Of a stretch of DNA of 64,000 nt, positions 9,176 to 18,904 are shown one piece after another. Position 1 is the first letter of the stretch; the number at the start of each line of letters is the position of its first letter. The stretch covers positions 1,341 through 65,340 of the forward strand of contig JBJDYI010000272.1 in the NCBI GenBank assembly GCA_051867165.1, read 5' to 3'. Under the pieces are notes generated by a model. It saw only the letters and a program-made list of their open reading frames with translations, was not told the origin of the DNA and ran no database searches. Origin of the DNA: Faecousia sp. (GTDB lineage Bacteria > Bacillota > Clostridia > Oscillospirales > Oscillospiraceae). Both the position numbers and the translations under genes were made by a program.

Positions 9176-10825
9176 CTATGCCTGGGTCAGGCCGGAGAAG
9201 AAATTCACCATGTCATTCATGTAGAATTCGGTGCTGGGTTCTCCCTGGGCCGCACCCTGCCGGTCGTCAAGACCACGGCCGCCGAAACCGCCTTCGGGCG
9301 GTTCCGCCCCTTCCGGCATGGCAGGCCGTTCTCCATCCAAACCGTCAGGGGGTGTGCCTGGTTCCCCGTCGGGCCGGGGCCCTCTGTCGCCGTCCCTCTG
9401 GGCGGGATCAAAATCATCAGGAAGGTTTTCCCGATTAAAGTCTTTCGGGGTCTGATCGGGTTCAGAACCATCAGGCCGGGAGCCGCGTCCTTGCCCGCCG
9501 GGCCCCTGCCGGACATCGGTGCCGGTATAGGCCATCTGAACACCGTCTACAAAAACATGGTAGGTTGCGCCCCGGGTGAATTCAGGCCGGGACAAAATCA
9601 GGCCGCTGAAGGACCGGGCATACTCGCTCTCAATCTTGACGCTGCAAATTTCGGTTCCATCTTCCGTGGTGATGGAGATGCGGGAACCGGCGGGCTGTTC
9701 CGATGCAAACTGCAGGTTCATGGTGACCTGGCCGGAATCACTTTCCGCCCAGTCCATGGCAGAACCAAAGGCGGTAACGGAGCCGCCATGGATATAGGAG
9801 CCCAGGTCAGAATCCAGTCCGGCATCGGAACGGGGGTTGGCGGAAGCAATCACGGTGCCACCGTTGATCACCAGATAGCCATTGGAGTCGATGCCGTCGC
9901 CTTCCGCTCCAAGACCGGCAAAAATCGTCAGATTGCCGCCGTTGATGGTGGTGACGGAAACCCCGTCCTCATTGGTGTTGATGCCGTCATTGTCGGAGAA
10001 AATTTGAATATCACCGCCATTGATGGTCAGATGCAGCTCCGTGTCCAGACCTTCGTTTTCGGCGGTCAGGGTCAGACTGCCGGGGCCAAAGACATTCATG
10101 GACTGGTAGGAATAGATGGCGCCATCCTGCTTCCACAGCTTCTTTTCTTCTTCCTGATCCTTGAAGATCCGGGCCACATAGGCGCCGTTGACGGAGTTTT
10201 CCCCTTCCAGGATCAGACTGGCGCCGGCGGCAGTGGTGTCCACGTCGGGTTTCGCGGTTTCGGTGGACCAACTGCCGTCACATTCATAGGTGTTCAGAAA
10301 GAGAATGGCAGGAGCCACGGTACAGGTGATGTCAGCATTTTCGAGAATCAATTCGACCACGGCATTGGGATCGGTATCGGCATCCTCGCCCAAATCCACA
10401 CGGATCTGACCGGCGGTGAGCTTGCCGGAGATGCGGTAGGCGCCGGGGGCGGTGATGTTTACCACTGTGTGGGCAACCGCTTCTTCGGCGCTGTGCTTGT
10501 CAGCATCCGTCCCTTCGCCGTAGGGATTGCCGCTGTCATAGGTGTCCCGGTCTTCGTAATAGACGATATCGTGGGAAACATAGACGGTGTCTGTCTCACC
10601 GCCTCCATCGACGGTGATGCTTCCATCGGACAGCTGAATTTCCGTGACGGCATCAAAGCGGGAGACATAGTCGGGTGCCGCAAAGCGCTGGGAGGGAACC
10701 GTTGGAGGCTGTGCAGCGGCAGCTTCCGGGGGGAGAGTCGGTTCCGCGGTGACTTCCGTTATGGTATTGCTGCCGCAGCCGGTGAGCAGCAGGGTACACA
10801 GCATCAGACAGAGTAGCTTTTTCAT
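9176..10825 (-). CDS. Lipoprotein with a Cthe_2159-type beta-helix carbohydrate-binding domain and Gly/Pro-rich tail
   Basis: Lipobox LLTGC; repeated ITINGG/DGID.NG beta-helix turns. Confidence 0.8.
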   Translation of the reverse strand: MKKLLCLMLCTLLLTGCGSNTITEVTAEPTLPPEAAAAQPPTVPSQRFAAPDYVSRFDAVTEIQLSDGSITVDGGGETDTVYVSHDIVYYEDRDTYDSGNPYGEGTDADKHSAEEAVAHTVVNITAPGAYRISGKLTAGQIRVDLGEDADTDPNAVVELILENADITCTVAPAILFLNTYECDGSWSTETAKPDVDTTAAGASLILEGENSVNGAYVARIFKDQEEEKKLWKQDGAIYSYQSMNVFGPGSLTLTAENEGLDTELHLTINGGDIQIFSDNDGINTNEDGVSVTTINGGNLTIFAGLGAEGDGIDSNGYLVINGGTVIASANPRSDAGLDSDLGSYIHGGSVTAFGSAMDWAESDSGQVTMNLQFASEQPAGSRISITTEDGTEICSVKIESEYARSFSGLILSRPEFTRGATYHVFVDGVQMAYTGTDVRQGPGGQGRGSRPDGSEPDQTPKDFNRENLPDDFDPAQRDGDRGPRPDGEPGTPPDGLDGERPAMPEGAEPPEGGFGGRGLDDRQGAAQGEPSTEFYMNDMVNFFSGLTQA

Positions 10826-10927
10826 TAAGAGACCTTCTTTCAGTTGGGATGAACATAGTATACACCGTAAAACTGAATTGGGACTGAATAGAATAAAAAA
10901 TCGGGAGCATTTGCTCCCGATTTTTTC

Positions 10928-12826
10928 TTATTCCAGTTCAAAGGCACCGGTGTAGAGCTGATAGTAGGTGCCCTTCTGGGCAATCAGGTCATCGTGGGTG
11001 CCCCGCTCAATGATGCGGCCATGATCCAGGACCATGATGCAGTCGGAATTCATGACGGTGCTGAGTCGATGGGCAATGACAAAGACGGTTCTGCCATGCA
11101 TCAGGGCATCCATGCCGTCCTGCACCAGCTTTTCGGTGCGGGTATCGATGGAGGAGGTGGCTTCGTCCAGGATCATGACAGGAGGATCGGCAACAGCAGC
11201 CCGGGCAATGGCAATCAGCTGCCGCTGGCCCTGGGACAGGCTGGCGCCGTTGGCGGTCAGTTCCGTCTGATAGCCCTGGGGGAGCCGCTCAATGAAATCA
11301 TGGGCGTTGGCCAGCTTGGCGGCGGCGATGCACTCCTCGTCGGTGGCATCCAGCTTACCATAGCGGATGTTGTCCATGACGGTGCCGGTGAACAGGTTGG
11401 TCTCCTGAAGCACCACACCCAGGCTGCGGCGGAGATCCGATTTGCGGATCTTGTTGATGTTAATGCCGTCATAGCGGATCTTGCCGTCGTCGATGTCGTA
11501 GAACCGGTTGATCAGGTTGGTGATGGTGGTTTTTCCGGCGCCGGTGGCTCCCACGAAAGCGATTTTCTGGCCGGGATAGGCATAGAGGGTCACATCGTGA
11601 AGCACTGTTTTTTCGGGGACATAGCCAAAGTCCACATTGTACATGGTGATGTCGCCCTTCAGTTCTTCGTAGGTAATGGTGCCTTCTGCCTTATGGGGAT
11701 GCTTCCAGGCCCAATGGCCGGTGCGGTGATCGGCTTCCGTGATGTTGCCGCTTTCGTCGATGTTGGCATTGACCAGCGTGACATAGCCATTGTCCACTTC
11801 CGGTTCCTCGTCCATCAGATCGAAAATGCGCTCGGCGCCGGCCAGTGCCATGATGATGGAGTTGATCTGCATGGAGATCTGATTGATGGGCATGTTAAAG
11901 TTCCGGGACAAAATCATGAAAGCCATCAGGCTGCCGAGAGTAAGCAAGCTGCCGTCGGATTTCACAGCGATGAGACCGCCCACAATGGCCAGAATGGCGT
12001 ACTGAATATAGCCAAGGTTATTGTTGATGGGGCCCATCATGTTGGAATACTTACCGGCAGCATAGGCGTTGTCGCAGAGAATTTCGTTTAGACGATCAAA
12101 CTCCTCTTTGCTGGCCTGCTCGTGGTTGAATACCTTTACCACTTTCTGGCCATGGATCATTTCCTCGATATAGCCGTTGAGGGTACCCAGGGACTGCTGC
12201 TGGCCGATGAAATAACGGCCTGACTTGCCTGCCAGAAACTTGGTGATGAAGATGATGCCCACCACGGTGATCATGGACACGATGGTCAGAATCCAGGAGG
12301 TGGTGACCATGCGGACGAATACCACAATCAGGGTGACGATGGAACTGACACACTGGGGGATGGACTGGGAGATCATCTGCCGCAGGGTGTCGATGTCGCT
12401 GGTGTAGCGGGACATGATGTTGCCGGCGGTGTTGGTGTCAAAATACCGCAGGGGAAGGGTCTGCATTTTTTTGAACATCTCGTCCCGGATCAGCTTCTGG
12501 GTGCCCTGGGTGACGCCCACCATCAGATAGCTTTGCAGGAAACTGGCAATGATGCCCAACACAAAGATGAAGGCGATTTCCAGGATGAAGTCAAAGACGG
12601 GAGCAAAATCTGTGGATCCGCTGGCCACCATGGGCAGAATGAAATTGTCCACCAGGGTGCCAAGGGCAGCGGAGCCGTTGGTCTGGGCGATGGCGGTCAT
12701 GAGGATACACACAAGGACGATGATCAGAACGGGAAGGTACTTTTTCAGGTACGAGAGCAGCCGGAGCAGGGTCTTTTTGGGGTTTTTGGCTTTGCGGCCG
12801 TCACCGCGCATTCTTACAGGAGGCAT
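10928..12826 (-). CDS. ABC exporter, fused permease/ATPase (heterodimer subunit)
   Basis: GATGAGKTT, LSQGQRQ, ILDEATS, IAHRL. Confidence 0.95.
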   Translation of the reverse strand: MPPVRMRGDGRKAKNPKKTLLRLLSYLKKYLPVLIIVLVCILMTAIAQTNGSAALGTLVDNFILPMVASGSTDFAPVFDFILEIAFIFVLGIIASFLQSYLMVGVTQGTQKLIRDEMFKKMQTLPLRYFDTNTAGNIMSRYTSDIDTLRQMISQSIPQCVSSIVTLIVVFVRMVTTSWILTIVSMITVVGIIFITKFLAGKSGRYFIGQQQSLGTLNGYIEEMIHGQKVVKVFNHEQASKEEFDRLNEILCDNAYAAGKYSNMMGPINNNLGYIQYAILAIVGGLIAVKSDGSLLTLGSLMAFMILSRNFNMPINQISMQINSIIMALAGAERIFDLMDEEPEVDNGYVTLVNANIDESGNITEADHRTGHWAWKHPHKAEGTITYEELKGDITMYNVDFGYVPEKTVLHDVTLYAYPGQKIAFVGATGAGKTTITNLINRFYDIDDGKIRYDGININKIRKSDLRRSLGVVLQETNLFTGTVMDNIRYGKLDATDEECIAAAKLANAHDFIERLPQGYQTELTANGASLSQGQRQLIAIARAAVADPPVMILDEATSSIDTRTEKLVQDGMDALMHGRTVFVIAHRLSTVMNSDCIMVLDHGRIIERGTHDDLIAQKGTYYQLYTGAFELE

Positions 12827-14574
12827 TACTCCATTCCCCCTTTCTGCTGAGAATAGTAAACTTCCTGATAGATGGTGGAGGTTTTCAAAAGTTCCTGGTG
12901 GGTGCCAACTGCGTTCACCATGCCGTTTTCCAGGATGATGATCAGGTCGGCATCCTGCACGGAAGAAACCCGCTGGGCGATGATGAGCTTGGTGGTGCCG
13001 GGGATTTCCTCCCGGAAGGCCTGGCGGATCAGCGCGTCGGTACGGGTGTCCACCGCGGAGGTGGAGTCGTCCAGAATCAGAATTTTCGGCTTCTTCAGCA
13101 GGGCCCGGGCGATGCAGAGCCGCTGTTTCTGGCCGCCGGAGACATTGGTGCCGCCCTGCTCGATATGGGTGTCATACCCATCCGGAAAGCTCTGGATAAA
13201 ATCGTGGGCGCAGGCAAGCTGACAGGCGTGAATCAGCTCTTCGTCGGTAGCCTCCGGGTTGCCCCAGCGGAGGTTTTCCTTGATGGAGCCGGAGAACAGT
13301 TCATTTTTTTGCAGGACCATGGCCACGTTGTCCCGCAGCACTTCCAAATCATAATCCCGCACATCAATGCCGCCCACCTTCAGCTGGCCTTCGGACACGT
13401 CATAGAGCCGGGGAATCAGCTGCACCAGGGTGGTTTTGCTGGAACCGGTGGCACCCAGGATGCCCACGGTGGCGCCGGCGGGGATGTGCAGATTCACTTC
13501 CTTCAATGCCCGGTGCTGGGCATTGGCATTATAGCGGAAGGAGACGTTTTCAAAATCGATGGAGCCATCGGGAACCTCCATTACAGCGCCGCTGGCAGGG
13601 GAGGTCAGATCCGGCTCTTCCACAAGGATTTCGTAGCAGCGATGCAGGGGTGTGCGGGACATGGTCATCATGACAAACACCATGCTCAGCTGCATCAGAC
13701 CCATGAGAATCTGGGTGGTATAGGTAAACATGGAGGAAAGCTCGCCGGTGGTCAGACCGTTCAGCGGGTTGTTGCCGGAGGCTACCACCATCTGGGCGCC
13801 AACCCAGGAGATGGACAGCAAAGAGCAATAAACGCAGAACATCATAATGGGGGAGTTCAGAGACAGGATCTTTTCGGCCTTGGAGAAGTTCTTTGCCAGG
13901 TCACCGGAAATCGTGGTGAACTTTTCAATTTCCTTCTCCTCCCGGACGAAGGATTTCACCACCCGGATACCATGGACATTTTCCTGAACCACGTTGTTGA
14001 TTTTGTCCATCATCTTAAAGCTGCGGTCAAAGATCTTGAACACCATGGGAACCAGACAGACCAGAGCCACAATGAGGACAGGCATCACCTTCAGGTAGAT
14101 GGTGCTGAGCTTGGTGGAGATCCGCAGGGCGGAAATCAATGCCAGAATCAGCATCATGGGACAGCGGATGGCCATGCGGATCATCATCTGAAAGGACATC
14201 TGCAGATTGGCCACATCGGAGGTCAACCGGGTGACAATGGAGGCAGAGGAAAACTTGTCAATGTTAGAGAAGCTGAACTGCTGCACATTGTAGTACATAT
14301 CATGACGCAGGTTCTTGGCAAAGCCGGTGCTTGCCTTGGAGGCAAAAATGGCCGAAGCCACGCCGAAAACCAGGGAAGCCAGGGCGAGCAGCACCAACAG
14401 GATGGACTTGCTGACCACCACTTCCATGTTCTGCATGACCACACCATAGTCATACAGATCCGCCATGACCAGGGGGATCAGCACTTCCATGGCCACCTCG
14501 CCCACCATGCACAGAGGACTGAGCAGAGCGGCCCATTTGTATTCCCGGATGCACCGGGAGAGTCGTTTGATCAT
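12826..14574 (-). CDS. ABC exporter, fused permease/ATPase (degenerate-site subunit)
   Basis: GATGSSKTT, VSGGQKQR, ILDDSTS, IAQR. Confidence 0.95.
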   Translation of the reverse strand: MIKRLSRCIREYKWAALLSPLCMVGEVAMEVLIPLVMADLYDYGVVMQNMEVVVSKSILLVLLALASLVFGVASAIFASKASTGFAKNLRHDMYYNVQQFSFSNIDKFSSASIVTRLTSDVANLQMSFQMMIRMAIRCPMMLILALISALRISTKLSTIYLKVMPVLIVALVCLVPMVFKIFDRSFKMMDKINNVVQENVHGIRVVKSFVREEKEIEKFTTISGDLAKNFSKAEKILSLNSPIMMFCVYCSLLSISWVGAQMVVASGNNPLNGLTTGELSSMFTYTTQILMGLMQLSMVFVMMTMSRTPLHRCYEILVEEPDLTSPASGAVMEVPDGSIDFENVSFRYNANAQHRALKEVNLHIPAGATVGILGATGSSKTTLVQLIPRLYDVSEGQLKVGGIDVRDYDLEVLRDNVAMVLQKNELFSGSIKENLRWGNPEATDEELIHACQLACAHDFIQSFPDGYDTHIEQGGTNVSGGQKQRLCIARALLKKPKILILDDSTSAVDTRTDALIRQAFREEIPGTTKLIIAQRVSSVQDADLIIILENGMVNAVGTHQELLKTSTIYQEVYYSQQKGGME

Positions 14575-15044
14575 TTCTTGGGTTCCTCCTTGGGACTGAA
14601 ATTACAGGGGCTGCCCCCCATGTTGGAGATGGCCCGCTGCAGCAATCGGGCGAATTGTTCTTTTTCTTCCAATGTGAATCCCTGAACCAGACGTTCTTCA
14701 TTGTGCTGCATAGTCTGGTGCATGGTCTGGTTGCAGGCCAGACCCTTGGGCTGGATGTGAATCCGTTTGCACCGCCGGTCATTGGAATCCGGCAGCAGCT
14801 GAATAAATCCTTTTTGCTCCAACCGGGACAGGATACCGGAGACCGTGGGGTGACTTAGCTGAAACGCCTCTTCCACATCCCTGGGACAGGGGGGGCGCTC
14901 CCGGCTGGACAAAAAGCCCATGACATGGCCCTGGGCGGAAGTGAGATCCATGGACTCCAGGGCAGTGGTTATCACATGGTCGGTACACCAATGGAGGACA
15001 CGGATCAGGTGGACATAGGGGATAGACAGAAAAAACACCTCCAA
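14571..15044 (-). CDS. MarR-family regulator (start uncertain)
   Basis: LSHPTVSGILSRLEQKGFI...DRRCKRI; palindrome CGTAGC-gt-GCTACG at 15048-15061 is a likely operator. Confidence 0.9.
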   Translation of the reverse strand: MEVFFLSIPYVHLIRVLHWCTDHVITTALESMDLTSAQGHVMGFLSSRERPPCPRDVEEAFQLSHPTVSGILSRLEQKGFIQLLPDSNDRRCKRIHIQPKGLACNQTMHQTMQHNEERLVQGFTLEEKEQFARLLQRAISNMGGSPCNFSPKEEPKK

Positions 15045-15138
15045 AAACGTAGCGTGCTACGCAATATTCTAACACCGCACGTGGGCACTTTCAATAGCTG
15101 CCAAAAAGAATTCACAGAAATTTTTTAATTGTTTCTGA

Positions 15139-15166
15139 ATTTGTTGCACGTCTGCGTGCAACAAAT
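15139..15166. promoter_or_regulatory. Perfect inverted repeat upstream of the head operon
   Basis: ATTTGTTGCACG-tctg-CGTGCAACAAAT (12 bp arms), 41 nt before ATG 15208. Confidence 0.6.
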
Positions 15167-15207
15167 GGGGTGCTTTTCAGTATGGGTGAAAAGGAGGTTT
15201 TGCAAAC

Positions 15208-15522
15208 ATGCGGGAAAACGGAGACAAAGCGCTCCAAAAACGGATCCGGGCCGGGGAGGTCAACCGGCAGGATGTGACCAGGCGACTGGCGGAGCTGGCC
15301 TTTGGCAGAGCCAATGACTGCGTGCGGCTGGTGCTGGAGGAGAGGCCGGATCTGAACGGGCTGGATCTGAGCCTGCTCAGTGAGGTCAAGCGCAATGAAA
15401 AGGGGACCGTGGAAATCCGACTGGTGGACCGGCTCCGGGCGCTGGAACAGCTGGCCTTGGTGGCCCGGGAGGAAAAGACAGAACTGGAAGCTTTTCTGCA
15501 GGCCATGCAGGGTGAGGCATAA
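15208..15522 (+). CDS. Putative terminase small subunit
   Basis: Directly precedes terL; V..RLAELAFG...EIRLVDRLRALEQL resembles the TerS oligomerisation region. Confidence 0.7.
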   Translation: MRENGDKALQKRIRAGEVNRQDVTRRLAELAFGRANDCVRLVLEERPDLNGLDLSLLSEVKRNEKGTVEIRLVDRLRALEQLALVAREEKTELEAFLQAMQGEA

Positions 15523-16769
15523 TGGTTTCGTCCTTTTCAGAAAAACAGAAGCAGGTCCTGACCTGGTGGATGCCGGGAAATCCCAACTGCGAAAAAGATG
15601 CCATCCTCTGCGACGGGGCCGTGCGGTCCGGGAAAACCATGGCCATGGGATTGTCTTTTTTCCTCTGGGCCCATAGCTGCTTTGATGGAAAACAGTTCGG
15701 TGTCTGCGGAAAAACCATCGCCTCTCTGCGGCGCAATGTTTTGTCGGAAGTTCTGCCGAAGCTGGAGGGCCTGGGGGCCACCTGGAAAGAACGGCGAACG
15801 GAAAATCTGGTGACGGTGCGGTTTCTGGGCCATGAGAACCGGTTCTATGTTTTTGGCGGCCGGGATGAAAGCTCTGCGTCCCTGATTCAGGGTATCACCT
15901 TTGCGGGTATTCTGCTGGACGAGGCGGCGCTGATGCCCCGGTCCTTTGTGGAGCAGGCCTGTGCCCGGTGCTCTGTGGCAGGGAGCCGTCTCTGGTTCAA
16001 TTGCAATCCGGCGGGACCAAGCCATTGGCTGTATCAGACCTGGATCCAGGAGGCGGAGCAGCGCAACTGTCTGCGGCTCCACTTTACCATGGAGGACAAC
16101 CCTTCTCTCACACCCCAGATCCGACAGCGATATCAAAATCTCTATACCGGCGTGTTTTACCGGCGATTCATTCTGGGCCAGTGGGCCCAGGCGGAGGGCC
16201 GGGTCTATGATTTCTTCTCCCCGGAAATGGCGGGGAAACCTCCGGACCGCTGTGACAAGTGGTACATTTCCTGCGACTATGGCACCGTCAATCCCATGTC
16301 CATGGGGCTGTGGGGCAGAAGCAATGGGATTTGGTATCGGGTGAAGGAGTTTTACTTCGATTCCCGGAGGGAACAGCGGCAGATGACGGATGCGGAATAC
16401 GCCGATGCCCTGCACCAGCTGGCGGGAGAGCGGACCATCACGGCCGTGATTGTGGACCCTTCCGCGGCCAGCTTCCTGGAGGTGCTGCGGCGCCGGGGCT
16501 GGCGGGTGCAGAAGGCGAAAAACGATGTTCTCAGCGGAATCCGTCTGACGGCGGATCTGCTGAAAAAGGGTCAGCTGGTGATCTGTGAGGGCTGCGCCGA
16601 CTGCCTGCGGGAGATGGAGGAATACGTTTGGGACCTGGACCGGGGAGCGAAGGATACCGTACGCAAGGAACACGACCATTCCATGGACGACATGCGGTAT
16701 TTCGCAGCCACCGTACTGGGAGAGCGGCCGGATGGCTTTGCGGTGTACAGCGTGGAACGAAAGCGGTAA
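15522..16769 (+). CDS. Terminase large subunit (PBSX-type)
   Basis: Walker A GAVRSGKT, Walker B ILLDEA, FNCNP, nuclease motifs DYG and HDHSMDDMRY. Confidence 0.95.
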   Translation: MVSSFSEKQKQVLTWWMPGNPNCEKDAILCDGAVRSGKTMAMGLSFFLWAHSCFDGKQFGVCGKTIASLRRNVLSEVLPKLEGLGATWKERRTENLVTVRFLGHENRFYVFGGRDESSASLIQGITFAGILLDEAALMPRSFVEQACARCSVAGSRLWFNCNPAGPSHWLYQTWIQEAEQRNCLRLHFTMEDNPSLTPQIRQRYQNLYTGVFYRRFILGQWAQAEGRVYDFFSPEMAGKPPDRCDKWYISCDYGTVNPMSMGLWGRSNGIWYRVKEFYFDSRREQRQMTDAEYADALHQLAGERTITAVIVDPSAASFLEVLRRRGWRVQKAKNDVLSGIRLTADLLKKGQLVICEGCADCLREMEEYVWDLDRGAKDTVRKEHDHSMDDMRYFAATVLGERPDGFAVYSVERKR

Positions 16770-16807
16770 ACCATCATGGATGACACAACAAGAAAGGAGC
16801 AATCGGA

Positions 16808-17962
16808 TTGAAGCGAAAACGAAAGGAAAACAACACTGTGGCAGCGGTGTGCCAGCTGCGAACCGGAGATGTGCACCCCTTTGGCGCCATGCGCCAGTTT
16901 ACCCCTCTGGGGGGCGGAGAGGAGCGGGTCTACCGGGAAATGCGGGAAGCCATTCCAATGCTGGATGCGGCGGTCAGCAAAATGGTGCGGCTCTGCGGCG
17001 GCTTTCAGGTGAAATGCCGGGATGTGGAGGCCCAGAACCGGCTGAATCAGTTTCTGCTGACGGTGCCTTGCGGCCGGGGACAAACCGGTATGGACAGTTT
17101 CCTCAGTGCCTATTTGGACAGCCTGTTGACTTATGGCCGGGCGGTGGGAGAAATGGTGGTGGCCGGGGGCAAGCTCCGGGCGGTATGCTGGGGGGATGTG
17201 ACCAAACTGGAAGTCCAGGAGGGGGACACTTTCCTGGAAACCGTGCTCTGGGGCATGGATGAATACGGACACATGCGGCCCCTGCCCTACCAGCATCTTC
17301 TGCTGTTCACCACCATGCACCCGGAGCCTGCCCATCCTTATGGCGTCGGGATGTTCCGGGGGATGCCCTTCCTGGCGGACATCCTGCTGAAAATCTATAA
17401 CACCATCGGCTCCAACTGGGAGCGGGCCGGCAACATCCGTTACAGTGTCATCTGCAAAGGGGCAGAGGACCTGGATCCGGCTGCGGTGCAGGAGCGGGGC
17501 AAACAGGTGGCCCAGCAGTGGGCCATGGCCATGGAGGACAGCAAAAACGGGACCGTCCGGGATTTTGTGGCGGTGGGAGATGTCCAGATCAAGGTCATCG
17601 GCAATGAGGCCCCGATTCTGGATTCAGAGGTGCCGGTGCGGCAGATCATGGAACAGCTGGTGGCCAAAACCGGCCTTCCGCCCTTCCTGCTGGGATTAAG
17701 CTGGAGCACCACCGAACGGATGAGTACCCAGCAGGCTGATCTGCTGACCAGCGAACTGTGGGCCCTGCGCCGGACGGTGGAGCCTGCGGTGCGGAAGGTG
17801 TGCCGGATGTTCCTGGCCCTGGAAGGACTGGATGATCGGTTTGAAATCCAATGGGATGACATCAGCTTGCAGGACATCACCCAGGAGGCACAGGCAGATC
17901 TCTACCGGGCCCAGGCGGAAAAATACCGGGCAGAAGCCCAGGAAAATCAGGGAGGAATGTAA
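16808..17962 (+). CDS. Phage portal protein
   Basis: Follows terL; LLTYGRAVGE, HPYGVG and TGLPPFLLG motifs; TTG start after AAAGGAG. Confidence 0.8.
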   Translation: MKRKRKENNTVAAVCQLRTGDVHPFGAMRQFTPLGGGEERVYREMREAIPMLDAAVSKMVRLCGGFQVKCRDVEAQNRLNQFLLTVPCGRGQTGMDSFLSAYLDSLLTYGRAVGEMVVAGGKLRAVCWGDVTKLEVQEGDTFLETVLWGMDEYGHMRPLPYQHLLLFTTMHPEPAHPYGVGMFRGMPFLADILLKIYNTIGSNWERAGNIRYSVICKGAEDLDPAAVQERGKQVAQQWAMAMEDSKNGTVRDFVAVGDVQIKVIGNEAPILDSEVPVRQIMEQLVAKTGLPPFLLGLSWSTTERMSTQQADLLTSELWALRRTVEPAVRKVCRMFLALEGLDDRFEIQWDDISLQDITQEAQADLYRAQAEKYRAEAQENQGGM

Positions 17963-18853
17963 ATGGAAATCAAAAAAGCGGCCGAAGCCACCAGCAGCGG
18001 GATGCCTACCCCAGTGCAGCTGGAAGCCATCAACGCCCTGGCCAAGACCCGATTGACAGCCGAGCAGGTGTATGTGTTCTCTCTGCGGCTGTGCGATGAT
18101 CAGGTGGACCGGGACCAGGAACGGTTTGATACCGCGGCACTGCCCGGCCTGGCGGCGCTGTTTGTGGGCAAGACTGGCATTTTGGACCACCATTGGAGCA
18201 GCGAAAAGCAGGTGGCCCGGATTTTTGAGACCCAGGTGGTGAAAGAAGAGGGCGTGACCTACATCAAGGCCTGGGCATACATCCGCCGGGGCGGCAGCAA
18301 CGATGAAATCATTGCGGATGTGGAAGCTGGTATCAAAAAGGAGGTCAGCGTGGGCTGTGCCATGGGCCGGTCCGTCTGCTCCATCTGCGGCAGCGAGTAC
18401 GGCACCTGCGGCCATATCAAGGGCGAATATTATGACGGACAGCACTGCTGTGCCATTTTGCAGGATCCGGTGGACGCCTATGAGTTTTCCTTTGTGGCCG
18501 TGCCTGCCCAACCCAATGCCGGCGTGATCAAGGCTCTGGGCGGCCGGAAATGCTTGAAGGAACTGGCAGAGGAATTCGGCGCCCAGGCAGAGTACCGGAG
18601 TCTCGTCAAAGAGGCCCAGCTGGGCCGGCAGTACCGCAAGGAACTGGAACGCAGTGTGGTAGGTCTGTGCATGACATTGGATCTGGGTGCAGACTACGAG
18701 GTGCTTCAGGGCATTGTGAAAACCGCCGCCGCGGGGGATCTGCAGAAACTCCGCACGGCCCTGGAAGCCAAAACGGCGGAGTTGCTGCCGGTGACCACCC
18801 AGCTGGGGGCGCCGATGCAGCAGGAAGCAGTGGAAAACGGGTTTTTGATTTAA
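17963..18853 (+). CDS. Prohead protease with C-terminal scaffold-like region
   Basis: VDRDQERF, LDH, EVSVG, CSICG insert, YEFSFVAVPAQ. Confidence 0.8.
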   Translation: MEIKKAAEATSSGMPTPVQLEAINALAKTRLTAEQVYVFSLRLCDDQVDRDQERFDTAALPGLAALFVGKTGILDHHWSSEKQVARIFETQVVKEEGVTYIKAWAYIRRGGSNDEIIADVEAGIKKEVSVGCAMGRSVCSICGSEYGTCGHIKGEYYDGQHCCAILQDPVDAYEFSFVAVPAQPNAGVIKALGGRKCLKELAEEFGAQAEYRSLVKEAQLGRQYRKELERSVVGLCMTLDLGADYEVLQGIVKTAAAGDLQKLRTALEAKTAELLPVTTQLGAPMQQEAVENGFLI

Positions 18854-18904
18854 GGCATCACCGGAATTTCCGGAGCCAAATAACGACTTTACATCAGGAG
18901 GAAA

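Noticed and set aside
18855-18866. 12-mer GCATCACCGGAA shared with 54019-54030 (minus strand)
   Set aside because: Matches this short are expected by chance in 64 kb.
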